Part shown: piece after piece, positions 44,312-53,442 of the stretch
Position numbering within the stretch: position 1 is the first letter of the stretch
Layout: every line of letters starts with the position of its first letter
Virus record (IMG/VR): IMGVR_UViG_3300017991_000083
Location: 27,367-91,366 of that record
Source of the DNA: a virus
Length of the DNA: 64,000 bases
Direction: 5' to 3' (one strand)
The notes under the pieces: generated by a model
Told to the model about the DNA's origin: nothing
Seen by the model: the letters and a program-made list of their open reading frames with translations, nothing else
Database searches by the model: none
Translations under genes and position numbers: made by a program

Positions 44312-44783
44312 CGATGGGGATGAACGCCATGAGGACGGGATCGCCGTCCTTGATCTTCTCGGGAAGGAAGAGCTCGCCCCCGTCGAGCGTCAGGTACTGA
44401 TTGCCCATCCTCTTGACCTTGGCGACCTCGGTCGGCACGATGAGATGGGCCGCGTCAAGTGCCGCGAGCACTGCCGCATCCCACTCCGGGCCGACAATCG
44501 TGTCAGGAAGTGTCAGGTTCACCATGATGGCCCTGTCATGCGCGACCTTCGCCTGTTCGGCCATCAGAGCGACCGGAGTCGGCACGAGGAGCATCTTGTG
44601 TGAGCCCAGGATCGTCGCAACGACCGACGTCCAGGCATCTCTCTCACTCTCCTCAAGGTCCTCAAAGGGCGTTATCTCCGCGCCCTCGAGGTCTACTACC
44701 CCCGCAGCGTCAAGCCGACCGGCCTGAAGCGCCAGATACGCAAGCGCCGCCAGGCCGTCAAGCGGACTCCTCGTCGACATCAT
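44280..44783 (-). CDS. hypothetical protein
   Basis: AGGGG SD; PFEDLEESERDAW motif. Confidence 0.6.
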   Translation of the reverse strand: MMSTRSPLDGLAALAYLALQAGRLDAAGVVDLEGAEITPFEDLEESERDAWTSVVATILGSHKMLLVPTPVALMAEQAKVAHDRAIMVNLTLPDTIVGPEWDAAVLAALDAAHLIVPTEVAKVKRMGNQYLTLDGGELFLPEKIKDGDPVLMAFIPIDEEPDETPPS

Positions 44784-45120
44784 CGTCCCCTGTTTCACGT
44801 GAAACGCCCTTTGGCGGGATAGCCGGCGCCAGGATGGCCGTCGGCAGCTTCGCGCCAATCTGGCCGTATCCGTGGCGTATTAGCTTGTCGGCCAGCCCGT
44901 CCTCGAGCGTCATCAGTTCTATCGCCACGGGAACCCGAACCCCCGTCTCCTTCAGGACCGCGATCCCCGCCTCTATCCAGGGCCGCTGTCCCTCGGCATC
45001 GAGCCGGTCCCAGGCCGCCGACGGAAACTCGGCCCCCTTCGCCGTGTGGAACGCGACGTAGGCCGCCTTACCGATCTTCTCCGGCGCCGTCGTCGACACC
45101 CTCATGCCCGGCACTCTCAT
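44758..45120 (-). CDS. hypothetical protein (contains the parS site in VSRET codons)
   Basis: AWDRLDAEGQRPW motif related to the neighbouring gene; start uncertain. Confidence 0.6.
   Translation of the reverse strand: MRVPGMRVSTTAPEKIGKAAYVAFHTAKGAEFPSAAWDRLDAEGQRPWIEAGIAVLKETGVRVPVAIELMTLEDGLADKLIRHGYGQIGAKLPTAILAPAIPPKGVSRETGDDDVDEESA
44791..44806. promoter_or_regulatory. parS-like ParB/Spo0J binding site
   Basis: TGTTTCACGTGAAACG is a 15/16 match to the consensus TGTTTCACGTGAAACA. Confidence 0.75.
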
Positions 45121-45502
45121 CCTCCATCACGTAGACCTCGACGTAGATCTTCCCCCTCAGGAACGGGGGCTCGTATAACTTCTTCGGCTTGTCGTGGAGC
45201 TTGATATCTACCTGGGTGCCGCCCTCGACGACGTGGACCTGGACGTCCATCAGCTCGAACGGACCGAACCGGAAGATATCGTTGCGCCCACGCTCGAGCT
45301 CCAGCGAGAACTTGGTCTTCGGCTGCACGGCCATCGGATTCTCCTTCGGACACCAGTCGGGGGTATGATCCCCTACGATCTGTCCAGAAGATGTCGAATG
45401 CCCGAGCGTCGGATGCCGGCAGAACAACGCTCCGTCAGTCAACGGCTGAGGTCTCACTTCCAAAAACGGACAGTCCTCGCACGCCCTGGGTAGTATAGGC
45501 AT
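45068..45502 (-). CDS. hypothetical protein with an N-terminal Cys cluster
   Basis: CEDCPF...C...PDWCP; possible internal start at MAVQPK. Confidence 0.55.
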   Translation of the reverse strand: MPILPRACEDCPFLEVRPQPLTDGALFCRHPTLGHSTSSGQIVGDHTPDWCPKENPMAVQPKTKFSLELERGRNDIFRFGPFELMDVQVHVVEGGTQVDIKLHDKPKKLYEPPFLRGKIYVEVYVMEDESAGHEGVDDGAGEDR

Positions 45503-45848
45503 TCAGCTTCTCCATCCGGTAGCGGTTCGTGTTGCCTGGCTCGTCCTCTCGCGGCGGGCGCGATCGTATCGTGAACTCGCCCGTCGCCTTGCCGTGCTTC
45601 TTCAGCTCGCTCACTCTGTTCCTGGCAGTGTAGAAGTCCGTCGGGACCTCGACCGCGTGACGCTCCCCGCACCGCGGGCAGTTGACCCATACCGTCCGGG
45701 TCTTAGCGCCCACGACGCCCGCCACTTCCACCAGGGAATGCCATTCTCCTACGCCCGTCCGCACGTAGGTCTCGTCGGCGAGCAGACTGTGAACCCGACC
45801 TATCTGCGTACGGCTGGACAAATCGTGCGTTCCGCTGCTGTTCTTCAA
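45435..45848 (-). CDS. zinc-ribbon/winged-helix-like protein
   Basis: CPRCG and ARNRVSELKK. Confidence 0.5.
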   Translation of the reverse strand: MKNSSGTHDLSSRTQIGRVHSLLADETYVRTGVGEWHSLVEVAGVVGAKTRTVWVNCPRCGERHAVEVPTDFYTARNRVSELKKHGKATGEFTIRSRPPREDEPGNTNRYRMEKLNAYTTQGVRGLSVFGSETSAVD

Positions 45849-46332
45849 GCGCCTTCTCCATCGCCTCGCCGAACTCGCGAAGCCGCTCGATCGTTCGCTG
45901 CAGGACCGGGGTCAGGTCCCGGGCCAGGGCCGCCGCGGCAGTTCTCATACCCCGCACGGCGACCTGCATGGCTGAGAGCATCTGTTCGCACTCGTTCTGC
46001 GACATCTCCTCGGCCTCGAACCGCTCGATGTAGCTGAGCATCCGCCTGGCCGCCTCGCGGTTGAGCGCGTTGTCGAACGCCCGTTTCTTGTAGGAGAGCA
46101 GGACATAGTCGCCACTGCGGGTCACGTTGCGCCCGTGCCGGCGCCGCGTCAGCGGGATCGAGATGACCGACGCCCTCCGAATGATCTCGCGGCACTCTCG
46201 CTTGCGATGCTCGCGGTAGGCCGGATTGCTCATGCCCCAATTCTGCATGTCGATGACCGTCGTGCTGTCAGATACGTCACCCACTGTAAGTCTCCGTTCG
46301 TCAACAGTCATTCGACTGGTTTGGCCGGTCAT
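45703..46332 (-). CDS. hypothetical protein
   Basis: Helical ORF; 3' end overlaps the next gene. Confidence 0.55.
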   Translation of the reverse strand: MTGQTSRMTVDERRLTVGDVSDSTTVIDMQNWGMSNPAYREHRKRECREIIRRASVISIPLTRRRHGRNVTRSGDYVLLSYKKRAFDNALNREAARRMLSYIERFEAEEMSQNECEQMLSAMQVAVRGMRTAAAALARDLTPVLQRTIERLREFGEAMEKALEEQQRNARFVQPYADRSGSQSARRRDLRADGRRRMAFPGGSGGRRGR

Positions 46333-46642
46333 CTTCGCGCCACTCCTCGCCGTGCTCGTCGATCGTCGGGATGAGTCGCCTGGGCACGAATATCCGACAT
46401 CGCCGCTCGTCTCCGTCCGGGAGATGGAGCACGCCTGTCCTGGCCAGGCGAACGTGCCCCTCCTCCGCGTCCGGCATGAGCGTCACGTCGACAGTGAACA
46501 GCCCCTCGACGAACTCCCGGCCGGCATCGGTCAGCTCAACGCTCTCGAACTCAACCGACACGCCTACGTCCGAAAACAGCATCTTCGGGCACGACAAAGA
46601 GGTAGTCCCTCTCTCCACACCGTCGGCACTCTCGCTCTGCAT
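46301..46642 (-). CDS. hypothetical protein
   Basis: Phage-like codon pattern; start uncertain. Confidence 0.45.
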   Translation of the reverse strand: MQSESADGVERGTTSLSCPKMLFSDVGVSVEFESVELTDAGREFVEGLFTVDVTLMPDAEEGHVRLARTGVLHLPDGDERRCRIFVPRRLIPTIDEHGEEWREDDRPNQSNDC

Positions 46643-46762
46643 AGTGTCTCCTATCAGGATCCCACCAGCGCCAGAGCCAGTCCGTCCAGTCGTGATCGAA
46701 CACGCTACATCGCCACTTCACCGACCGTACCTGCGCTATCGCCCGTCGGATCGCGACCGTTG

Positions 46763-47404
46763 TCAGGCGTCCCTGAGCTCCTTGATGTCCCTCTTGAGTA
46801 CGCACACCTTCTCCTGGAGCAGCGCCGCCTGCGCCGAAGCGCTACGAGCCTGCTCAACCGCAACCTCGAGATCGCTCTCGAGGCGCTGGTTCTCGCCCTG
46901 TGCCAGTTCCAGGGCCCGGTCCGCGTCCTTGAGCTCGCCCTGGAGCTCGTGGATCTTCGCGAGCTGCCGGACGCCCGTCGACGGCAGCATCTGGAGCGCG
47001 TTCGGCTCCGGCGCCTGCCAGCGGTGCATGTGACAGATCGCCCGGAGCCTGGCCCTGATCTCCTCGGTCGCCTTCAGGTAGCCGCGGGCGTAGTAGAGCC
47101 TGTTCAGGCAATCGCGCCTGGTTGTGCCGAACTTGCCCGGCCGCGCCTTCTGCTGCTTCGTCTCGATGATGTACTCGATGGTCTCAGTGACCTGGGTCTT
47201 GAGTGAGTGCTTGAGCCGGATGACGGCCCGTCGCGCCTCGAACCACTTGTTCACCCCACGCGCCATCAGGACACGCTGCACGTCCTGGGGCGAGATCCCG
47301 AGCTTGGCGAGGTCGTCTACGATGAGACGGACTCTGTTCTGTGCAAACGACGGGATGTTCGCAGGTGTCACCAGCAGTGGATCCAGCGGCTTGTCTTTCT
47401 TCAT
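46763..47404 (-). CDS. hypothetical protein with a C-terminal coiled coil
   Basis: GAGGGGG SD. Confidence 0.65.
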   Translation of the reverse strand: MKKDKPLDPLLVTPANIPSFAQNRVRLIVDDLAKLGISPQDVQRVLMARGVNKWFEARRAVIRLKHSLKTQVTETIEYIIETKQQKARPGKFGTTRRDCLNRLYYARGYLKATEEIRARLRAICHMHRWQAPEPNALQMLPSTGVRQLAKIHELQGELKDADRALELAQGENQRLESDLEVAVEQARSASAQAALLQEKVCVLKRDIKELRDA

Positions 47405-47416
47405 CGCCCCCTCGAT

Positions 47417-47743
47417 TCAGTTGATCTGGTCCTTGCCCTCGCGCCAGCGACGGCGGCGCGAGACAGGCTTCGGCGGATTGCTTGGGTAGACCTCCTGTGC
47501 CCTCTCGACCTTCTTCAGAATCTCGTTCGTGTCATAGACGCCCTCGAGCGGGACGTTGAACTTGGTCAGAACAGTGTCGATGAAGATCGCACCGCGGCTG
47601 CACCAGCACAGGCACGCAACGGCAAGGACCAGGAACGTCCCCGCCGGCCACCAGGCCCGGAGCCCGAAGCAGAGCCCGGACACGAACGCCGTCACGATAC
47701 CGAAGAACGCGGCACCCACACAACGGCTCGACATCTTCAGCAC
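47417..47743 (-). CDS. membrane protein
   Basis: Two TM segments; GGAGGA SD. Confidence 0.6.
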   Translation of the reverse strand: MLKMSSRCVGAAFFGIVTAFVSGLCFGLRAWWPAGTFLVLAVACLCWCSRGAIFIDTVLTKFNVPLEGVYDTNEILKKVERAQEVYPSNPPKPVSRRRRWREGKDQIN

Positions 47744-47997
47744 GGCAGGTCCTCCCCAGGATGAAGACCCAGGACCTCCCAGGCTCTGTCGAACTCAGCC
47801 TGGCGAACCAGCATCAGGTCGTCATCGGTCTGATTGGAGTCGGCACGCTCCACGATCCAGTCACCGATGAGGACCGTGCAACCCTGCAGGTCCATCTTCG
47901 TAGACGACTGGCGTGCGTGCAGAACCGCGCCGTTCGGCTTCTCCCGAACGAGCATGTGCGGCCCCATAGGCATCAGCTCTATCCCGCTCCTGTTCAT
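47737..47997 (-). CDS. hypothetical protein
   Basis: ATGA overlap; IGDWIVE...EFDRAWE pattern. Confidence 0.55.
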   Translation of the reverse strand: MNRSGIELMPMGPHMLVREKPNGAVLHARQSSTKMDLQGCTVLIGDWIVERADSNQTDDDLMLVRQAEFDRAWEVLGLHPGEDLPC

Positions 47998-48542
47998 TTC
48001 TTGAACACCCCCAGGGTCTCGCCCGGACTGCGGATGCCCTCGAACTCCTCGATGGTCATGCGGACGAACCTCTCCGCGATCACCTGGAGCTCTTCGGGCA
48101 GAACACGCGGCCGCTTGGTCCGGTTGTCGATGTCGCCGTTCATGTAGCTCCACCAGAGCCAGTCACTGGCCTTATGTTCTCCGTCTTGGAGCACTTTCGC
48201 AAGCTGTCTGTGCGTCAGACCGAGCGCCAGCATCGCCATCTTGAGCTGATAGCCCGTAGGGAACGGCTGTCCCTTCCAGGGATCCTTGATCTTCCGCGGG
48301 GGCCGGCTGCCGGCATAGAGCTTCCGGAGCTTGTCCTTGATCTCCATGTCGTCGGCGACTTCATCGATACCCCGCTCGATACGGCTGATCTTGGCCGCAG
48401 AGACGCCGATCTCGCGGGCGACATCGATGAGGAACCATCCTCGATCGTGTCTGTCCTTGCGGAACGACGTCTCTCCCCTGACCGGCTTGCGCCAGCAGCT
48501 CTTGACCTTCCCGCGGCCGTAGACCCTGCCTGTTTTCGCCAT
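47994..48542 (-). CDS. XRE-family HTH regulator (two HTH-like domains)
   Basis: LIDVAREIGVSAAKISRIERG and LGLTHRQLAKVL. Confidence 0.8.
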   Translation of the reverse strand: MAKTGRVYGRGKVKSCWRKPVRGETSFRKDRHDRGWFLIDVAREIGVSAAKISRIERGIDEVADDMEIKDKLRKLYAGSRPPRKIKDPWKGQPFPTGYQLKMAMLALGLTHRQLAKVLQDGEHKASDWLWWSYMNGDIDNRTKRPRVLPEELQVIAERFVRMTIEEFEGIRSPGETLGVFKK

Positions 48543-48544
48543 CG

Positions 48545-48757
48545 CTATCTCCGGAGAACGGATATCGTCGGGCGATCCAGTCGAGCGCACTCGAGCGAGA
48601 TTTCGAGCATGATACGTCGAGAGTCGCTCTTGACTACGAGTGTGACGTCGTCCCCTTCCTCGGCAACCGTCACTATCGCCAGGGCGTCGGCGAGGTCCTC
48701 CCGCCAGTGGTCGTTCCGCAGGTAGTACGAAACGACCCCTGGCACATCCTCGCTCAT
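48545..48757 (-). CDS. hypothetical protein
   Basis: Fills a gap in the operon; start uncertain. Confidence 0.45.
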   Translation of the reverse strand: MSEDVPGVVSYYLRNDHWREDLADALAIVTVAEEGDDVTLVVKSDSRRIMLEISLECARLDRPTISVLRR

Positions 48758-48809
48758 GCGGGTGATGTCCCGCGGCAACCGCCCGCGGAAACTCGTCCTC
48801 TTGGCGGAC

Positions 48810-49739
48810 CTAGCCGTCAACGACGTTCTTCCTTTCCGTCCGGTCGGGCGTCGGCTCCGCCACTGACGGCTCGCCAGACTCAGGAGCGTCCGTCCCGTGC
48901 TCCGGGGTCGCCTCGACTTTCGGGGAATCCGCCTCGGGCTTCGCGGCCGTGAGCTTCAGATTGGGCCCCTCGCCTGGCGGCAACGGCAGCGCGACCTTGA
49001 CCGTCTCACCTGCCTTGCCGATGGAGAAGAACTCTGAATCCTCACCGGGTTCGCCCTCGACGAGCAGACCTACCTCAGTGACTACATCACTGCCGCCGCG
49101 AACGGCCAGCACCCCCACCCGCTCCCTGTAGCCGATCGCGAACCCGGCGTCCTTCAGGCTCTGCTTGATACCCTCGGCCAGGTTCTCTGCATCGATCTTG
49201 ACCTCGAGCTTCGGGGGCGCCGGGAAGTCCTCGGCGCTCGTCACGATGACGTTGCTCATCGCGACCGTAGCGCGGACGTCACCGAGCTCCGGCACATTGT
49301 CCGCGTCCTCTCCCCTCGCGTCCCGGCTCAGGGCCAGGTCCTCGCGTCGTCTCGAGACCGCCTCGAACACCCAGAGGAGCTCCTTCCGGTTCGCGACCAC
49401 GAAGATGGTCTCCGGATCGAAGTCCGGCTCGGAGAGCTTGTCGTAGACCTCCGCCTTGATGCTGGCCTCGTCCTCGCCCTGGACCATGTACTCGAGGATC
49501 GTCTGGTCGAACTCGACCTCCTCCATCGTCGGCGCGATCTCGAACCCGATGCCCAGGTCCCCGCCTTCCTCGTCGACACCGAATCCGAACTTGCCGGCGG
49601 CCTCACGGACCCGCTTCTCCGATTCGGCGTCCGGGACCACGATGACGTCGCCCGGATGGACGTCCGACAGAACCTCAGCGACCGCCTCCTCGAACCCCTG
49701 CTGTCCCGCGGCCACGTTCACCACATGTCTCTCTGGCAC
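48810..49739 (-). CDS. acidic hypothetical protein
   Basis: 309 aa; AAGGAGGGG SD. Confidence 0.7.
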   Translation of the reverse strand: MPERHVVNVAAGQQGFEEAVAEVLSDVHPGDVIVVPDAESEKRVREAAGKFGFGVDEEGGDLGIGFEIAPTMEEVEFDQTILEYMVQGEDEASIKAEVYDKLSEPDFDPETIFVVANRKELLWVFEAVSRRREDLALSRDARGEDADNVPELGDVRATVAMSNVIVTSAEDFPAPPKLEVKIDAENLAEGIKQSLKDAGFAIGYRERVGVLAVRGGSDVVTEVGLLVEGEPGEDSEFFSIGKAGETVKVALPLPPGEGPNLKLTAAKPEADSPKVEATPEHGTDAPESGEPSVAEPTPDRTERKNVVDG

Positions 49740-49783
49740 TGCCCCTCCCTTGTGAAGAGATCTTTACTACACCTACGCCCTAT

Positions 49784-50068
49784 TCAAGTTTTCGGCCGAT
49801 TCCTTTGCTCAGCCCTGTCGAGCCGCCTCTCCGCGGCCATCGCCTTCCGATACGCTCGCCCGAGAGCAGCATGAAGCCCGCGCACTCGGGGATTGTCTCG
49901 CAGGTGCTCGTACACTGACCCGCCATCTCGATACACCAGGCCCCGCATCCGCCAGATCAAAGACCAGTCCCGGGGCCCGACGTCCGCGAAGAAGATCATG
50001 AAGTCCAGGAACCGGGCCAGGGCCCGGGCCTCGAGCTCCGTCAGCTCCAGCGTGACGTATCTACGCAC
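49784..50068 (-). CDS. hypothetical protein
   Basis: GGAGG SD with GTG start. Confidence 0.55.
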   Translation of the reverse strand: MRRYVTLELTELEARALARFLDFMIFFADVGPRDWSLIWRMRGLVYRDGGSVYEHLRDNPRVRGLHAALGRAYRKAMAAERRLDRAEQRNRPKT

Positions 50069-50243
50069 TCTTCTTCCTCCCCCGATTCTCGGTCGCATTC
50101 TTCAGCGCGTCGACCACCAGAGGCATGTCGTTGAAGTACCTGAACGCCCACACGTCCTGGGTCTCTACCCACTTGTCCCGGGCGTCGTCGATCTTCCCCT
50201 GGATCGACTTCAGAAGTTTCTCGAGCTTCTCAGCATCCGTCAC
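50061..50243 (-). CDS. hypothetical protein
   Basis: GGAGG SD; overlaps both neighbours. Confidence 0.55.
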   Translation of the reverse strand: MTDAEKLEKLLKSIQGKIDDARDKWVETQDVWAFRYFNDMPLVVDALKNATENRGRKKSA

Positions 50244-50634
50244 TAGGCGCCTCCCGCCTGTCGCCGCCCTCGCCTTCTATCGGCGAGTCAGAGTCCGGGA
50301 ACCAGACAGCGACCGTCATGTGCTTGAGCCTTTCCCCTACAGGACGCCGGCCAGCAGGCCAAGTCTCGTCCCGGACGAAGAGAGCGACGGAGTCCTGTTC
50401 CAGGTTCCACTTCAGGACCCCGTCCAGTACCAGGGCCAGGATGACCATCGGGTTCGGGTCGTTGTCCTTGCCAACGACGTAGACCGGATTCCCCAGGCCC
50501 ATCCCCGTCAGCTCGCGGGCACGCTCATCCATGACGGCCCACTGGTGCGCGACCGCGTCCCCCTCGAGCTTCGTACAGACGAAATGGAGTCCACTATCGG
50601 GCCCCAGGACCGCCTTGAACTCAATCATCGTCAC
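50230..50634 (-). CDS. hypothetical protein
   Basis: GAGGAG SD. Confidence 0.6.
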   Translation of the reverse strand: MTMIEFKAVLGPDSGLHFVCTKLEGDAVAHQWAVMDERARELTGMGLGNPVYVVGKDNDPNPMVILALVLDGVLKWNLEQDSVALFVRDETWPAGRRPVGERLKHMTVAVWFPDSDSPIEGEGGDRREAPSDGC

Positions 50635-50977
50635 TCCTCTCGGGGTCGTCCTCGCCGCGCTTCTTGAGCTCGGCCAGGAGCTCCTTCTCTCGCGGCTCTA
50701 CCTCAGATATCAGGACCCGATCCTCTCGGATGCGCTTCTCGCAATCGGCGATGCGCTGACGCCAGCCCTTCAACCGAGCCCGGACCTCCTCGAGCCCGCG
50801 GCGGAGCTCCAGGATCGCGATGTCGCGATGTTCCACGTGCCTAGAACACGTATTGCGAGACGAGGTCCACTTATTCAGCCCCACCCCGTCGACATAGCAG
50901 CGCCCCTCAGAACTGTCAGTGTAATCGACCTTGGAGCTGTAGAACTCACAGACCCCACAGGTCCCTAGCCTCTCCAT
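50621..50977 (-). CDS. Cys-rich plus coiled-coil hypothetical protein
   Basis: CGVCEFY...C...C; GAGGAG SD. Confidence 0.6.
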   Translation of the reverse strand: MERLGTCGVCEFYSSKVDYTDSSEGRCYVDGVGLNKWTSSRNTCSRHVEHRDIAILELRRGLEEVRARLKGWRQRIADCEKRIREDRVLISEVEPREKELLAELKKRGEDDPERSDDD

Positions 50978-51072
50978 CTCGACTCCTCTCTCTGACCCAC
51001 ACGTGGGGGCTCCCAAGGGTCAGGGCGCTCGGTCGCCGGCATCGCTATTCAGCGTTTCTCCCCCGGCAGGGC

Positions 51073-51100
51073 GACACGACGGGTCCGGACCCGTCGTGTC
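51073..51100. repeat. perfect 28-bp palindrome
   Basis: GACACGACGGGTCC|GGACCCGTCGTGTC. Confidence 0.9.
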
Positions 51101-51152
51101 CTTCGCGGCCTTTAGCTAACCCCTTCGTCGACAGCCCCCGCGTCTAGGCCCG

Positions 51153-51371
51153 CTAGTCGTCCTCCTGGATGCTCGTGCAGACCGCCCTCATCTCCCTGGC
51201 CCACCCGGACTCGCGCATCAGCTTGAGCGCGTAGGCACAGGCGTCTAGCCAGGTCGGGGCCCGATGCCCGAGATGCTCTCGGACAGGGCGGCCGAATACC
51301 GTCGGAGTGAAGATCGGCCAGAGCTTCGTCGATCCGTCCTCGAGCGTCTCCTCGACCGCGTACATGAACAT
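51153..51371 (-). CDS. hypothetical protein
   Basis: GGAGAGGGGG SD. Confidence 0.5.
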   Translation of the reverse strand: MFMYAVEETLEDGSTKLWPIFTPTVFGRPVREHLGHRAPTWLDACAYALKLMRESGWAREMRAVCTSIQEDD

Positions 51372-51513
51372 CAGTCCCCCTCTCCAGTCGACCGCTCGGC
51401 CGCAGATATCGTCGAGAGGTCGAGCCGTCGACCGCCTCGACCAGGGCCTTGAACTCTCCCCAGGTCAGGCGGATACGCGGGCTACGAACCGTCCCCCTTC
51501 GACTGTCTGGCAT

Positions 51514-51744
51514 CTATCCCTCCCTGCAGACTACGATTTCGACCCTGCTCTTGTCCGGATCGTCCAGGACTACCGACGAGAGCTCCTGTATCCAGACGCC
51601 GACCGCGACGCCCCCGTCCTCGAGGCCGATGGAATGCTCGTAGGCCTCGAATTGCCCGGCCTGCTCGAGCATATCCACAAACGTCGGGTCACAGCGTATC
51701 TGCGATGTGGGCCTGTTCATTAGCCGAACCTCTTCAGAATCCAA
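51514..51744 (-). CDS. hypothetical protein
   Basis: Fills the operon; acidic. Confidence 0.5.
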   Translation of the reverse strand: MDSEEVRLMNRPTSQIRCDPTFVDMLEQAGQFEAYEHSIGLEDGGVAVGVWIQELSSVVLDDPDKSRVEIVVCREG

Positions 51745-51845
51745 CGCAGTCCCGCGGCAAGCAGGACCGCTCCTACGAAACAGAGGATGACGATCTTCAC
51801 GATCTCCTCATACGCTACGATGATTGTGTCAGGCGACGGGGACAT
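51720..51845 (-). CDS. small membrane protein
   Basis: AGGAGG SD; single TM segment. Confidence 0.55.
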   Translation of the reverse strand: MSPSPDTIIVAYEEIVKIVILCFVGAVLLAAGLRWILKRFG

Positions 51846-51854
51846 GGCATCCTC

Positions 51855-52186
51855 CTGTCGATTCGCGGGGCTCCGTGCAGGTCTCGATCCCGCTCCGAGC
51901 TTGCGCCGGCCAGGGGCTTTGTCAGTGCCCGTCCGACGGTCGCCCTTCCTCTCCCTATTACTCAGAGCCGGAGCCCCACACCGCCCGTTCTGCCCCGGCG
52001 CCGGGGCTACCTCCGAGCGGCCGCGTCCTAGAAGCCTCATGCGGGGGCGGGGGCACGTAACCTGGTTCTTCGAGAGTCCGTCTGAGCACGGTCTCAGCTC
52101 TCTTCTCCGATGCCCCTCACAATCCCTCCGACCGGGATACGGCGGGACGGTCGAGAGCGTCCGCCTCCCCCGCAATCGGCTTTCAC
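51855..52186 (-). ncRNA. candidate structured non-coding RNA (two multibranch domains)
   Basis: 330-nt gap with nested long-range helices; no family recognised. Confidence 0.45.
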
Positions 52187-52495
52187 TTACAGCTTGCTGG
52201 CCTTGACGAACAGGTGGCCGACGTAGTCGCCTCCGTTGAGCTGGAACGTCCCGACGTAGGCCCAATCGAGCAGCCCGTCCGTCGTCAGGCCGGTATCGAC
52301 GACCTGGAACCTGACGTTCTCCTTCCTGGCCGTCGGGTTCACGAACGCCCACACGACGAGCGTCTCCTGTTCGCGCCCGTCGATGACCTGCGTCTGTACC
52401 TGGCAGGTCATGATCTGCGGGTTCTCAGGCATCTCGAGCGTGAAGTGCCGCTTCGTGCCACGCTCCACTGTCCACTTCCAGATAACTCGCTCCAT
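52187..52495 (-). CDS. small beta-rich phage protein
   Basis: IWKW...EMP...VWAFV...DTG...YVGTFQ...HLF pattern. Confidence 0.7.
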   Translation of the reverse strand: MERVIWKWTVERGTKRHFTLEMPENPQIMTCQVQTQVIDGREQETLVVWAFVNPTARKENVRFQVVDTGLTTDGLLDWAYVGTFQLNGGDYVGHLFVKASKL

Positions 52496-52498
52496 CGG

Positions 52499-52996
52499 CT
52501 ACTCCCCGATCAGGTGGTCCTGAATGACCGCGTTCACTTTCGCCTTCCGCCAGAACTCGTCACCGCGCTCTACAATGCCGGCGAACTTCCGGAGCAGGTC
52601 GAATCCCGCCGAGGTCTGGCAGGTGACGTGTTCCGGAAACCCGTCGACAAGCTGGTTCACTGCCCGGAGCAGGTCGTCCAGCAGCCGCGACTCCCTGTTC
52701 TTCCGCAGCTCGCGCCCGAGCATCTTCGACCACTCGTCCCATCCGAACCGGGACTGGTGGATCGCGAGCTGATCTATCGTCACGCACTTGAACCCGGGCT
52801 GATCCCCGGGCTCGTCGGTCATGTACTCGAAGGGCATCTCGAGCTCGGCCCGCGTGTAGGGCCGGTATGTGTGCTGTGCCGGGATAGGCACGCTCACGTG
52901 CGTCGACCAGACTGTCACGATCCTCTGACTGTCGTCCCGCTTACAGACGAACCGCGGATCGCGCTCCACACAGGCTATGAAGTTGGCGATTTTCAC
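52499..52996 (-). CDS. hypothetical protein
   Basis: AGGGGGG SD; GTGA overlap. Confidence 0.6.
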   Translation of the reverse strand: MKIANFIACVERDPRFVCKRDDSQRIVTVWSTHVSVPIPAQHTYRPYTRAELEMPFEYMTDEPGDQPGFKCVTIDQLAIHQSRFGWDEWSKMLGRELRKNRESRLLDDLLRAVNQLVDGFPEHVTCQTSAGFDLLRKFAGIVERGDEFWRKAKVNAVIQDHLIGE

Positions 52997-53442
52997 TCGC
53001 CCCCCTGGTCTATGAGCAGGTAGAACGTCCCTTCCTGGATCTCTGGATTGACGTCGACCCGCAGGTTCACCAGCTCGTCGGGATAGCCGGCGGCTGACAG
53101 CAGGGTCGACCGGAACATACAGCCCTCGCCTGTGCTCCGGGCCGCGAGCGAGTCCGGATATCGGCCGGAACACCGGACGAAGTCCTCGAGTCCCTTGCGT
53201 AGCCCGGGGGCATCCACGCCCTGCCCGCCGCCCTCGAGCTCGACCATCGGCAGCTCGAACCGGCGATCGAACTTCAGATCCTCGAGCGGAACACCGATGT
53301 CCCAGGACTCCGGGATCAAGATGATCGTCTCGCCCAGGTGCTTGACCAGGAGCGTAAGTGCCATCGACAGCGACCCGTGGTGCGTCTTCACGAGCTTGTC
53401 GGCCAGATTCCCTAGCCGTATCGGGCGCAGGCGCTCGTTCAT
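52993..53442 (-). CDS. hypothetical protein
   Basis: GGAGGGGAG SD; ATGA overlap. Confidence 0.6.
   Translation of the reverse strand: MNERLRPIRLGNLADKLVKTHHGSLSMALTLLVKHLGETIILIPESWDIGVPLEDLKFDRRFELPMVELEGGGQGVDAPGLRKGLEDFVRCSGRYPDSLAARSTGEGCMFRSTLLSAAGYPDELVNLRVDVNPEIQEGTFYLLIDQGGE

Noticed and set aside
51100-51140. AGCTAACCCC as a c-di-AMP (ydaO) riboswitch core or a tRNA 5' end
   Set aside because: Partner motifs are absent and there is no cloverleaf or T-loop
51372-51513. Possible frameshifted gene (LTWGEFKALVEAVDG) joining 51153..51371
   Set aside because: Cannot distinguish a real frameshift, a sequencing error or separate ORFs without homologues
52060-52110. CUGAGA as a hammerhead ribozyme core
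   Set aside because: No GAAA after the stem; kept only as part of the unknown structured RNA
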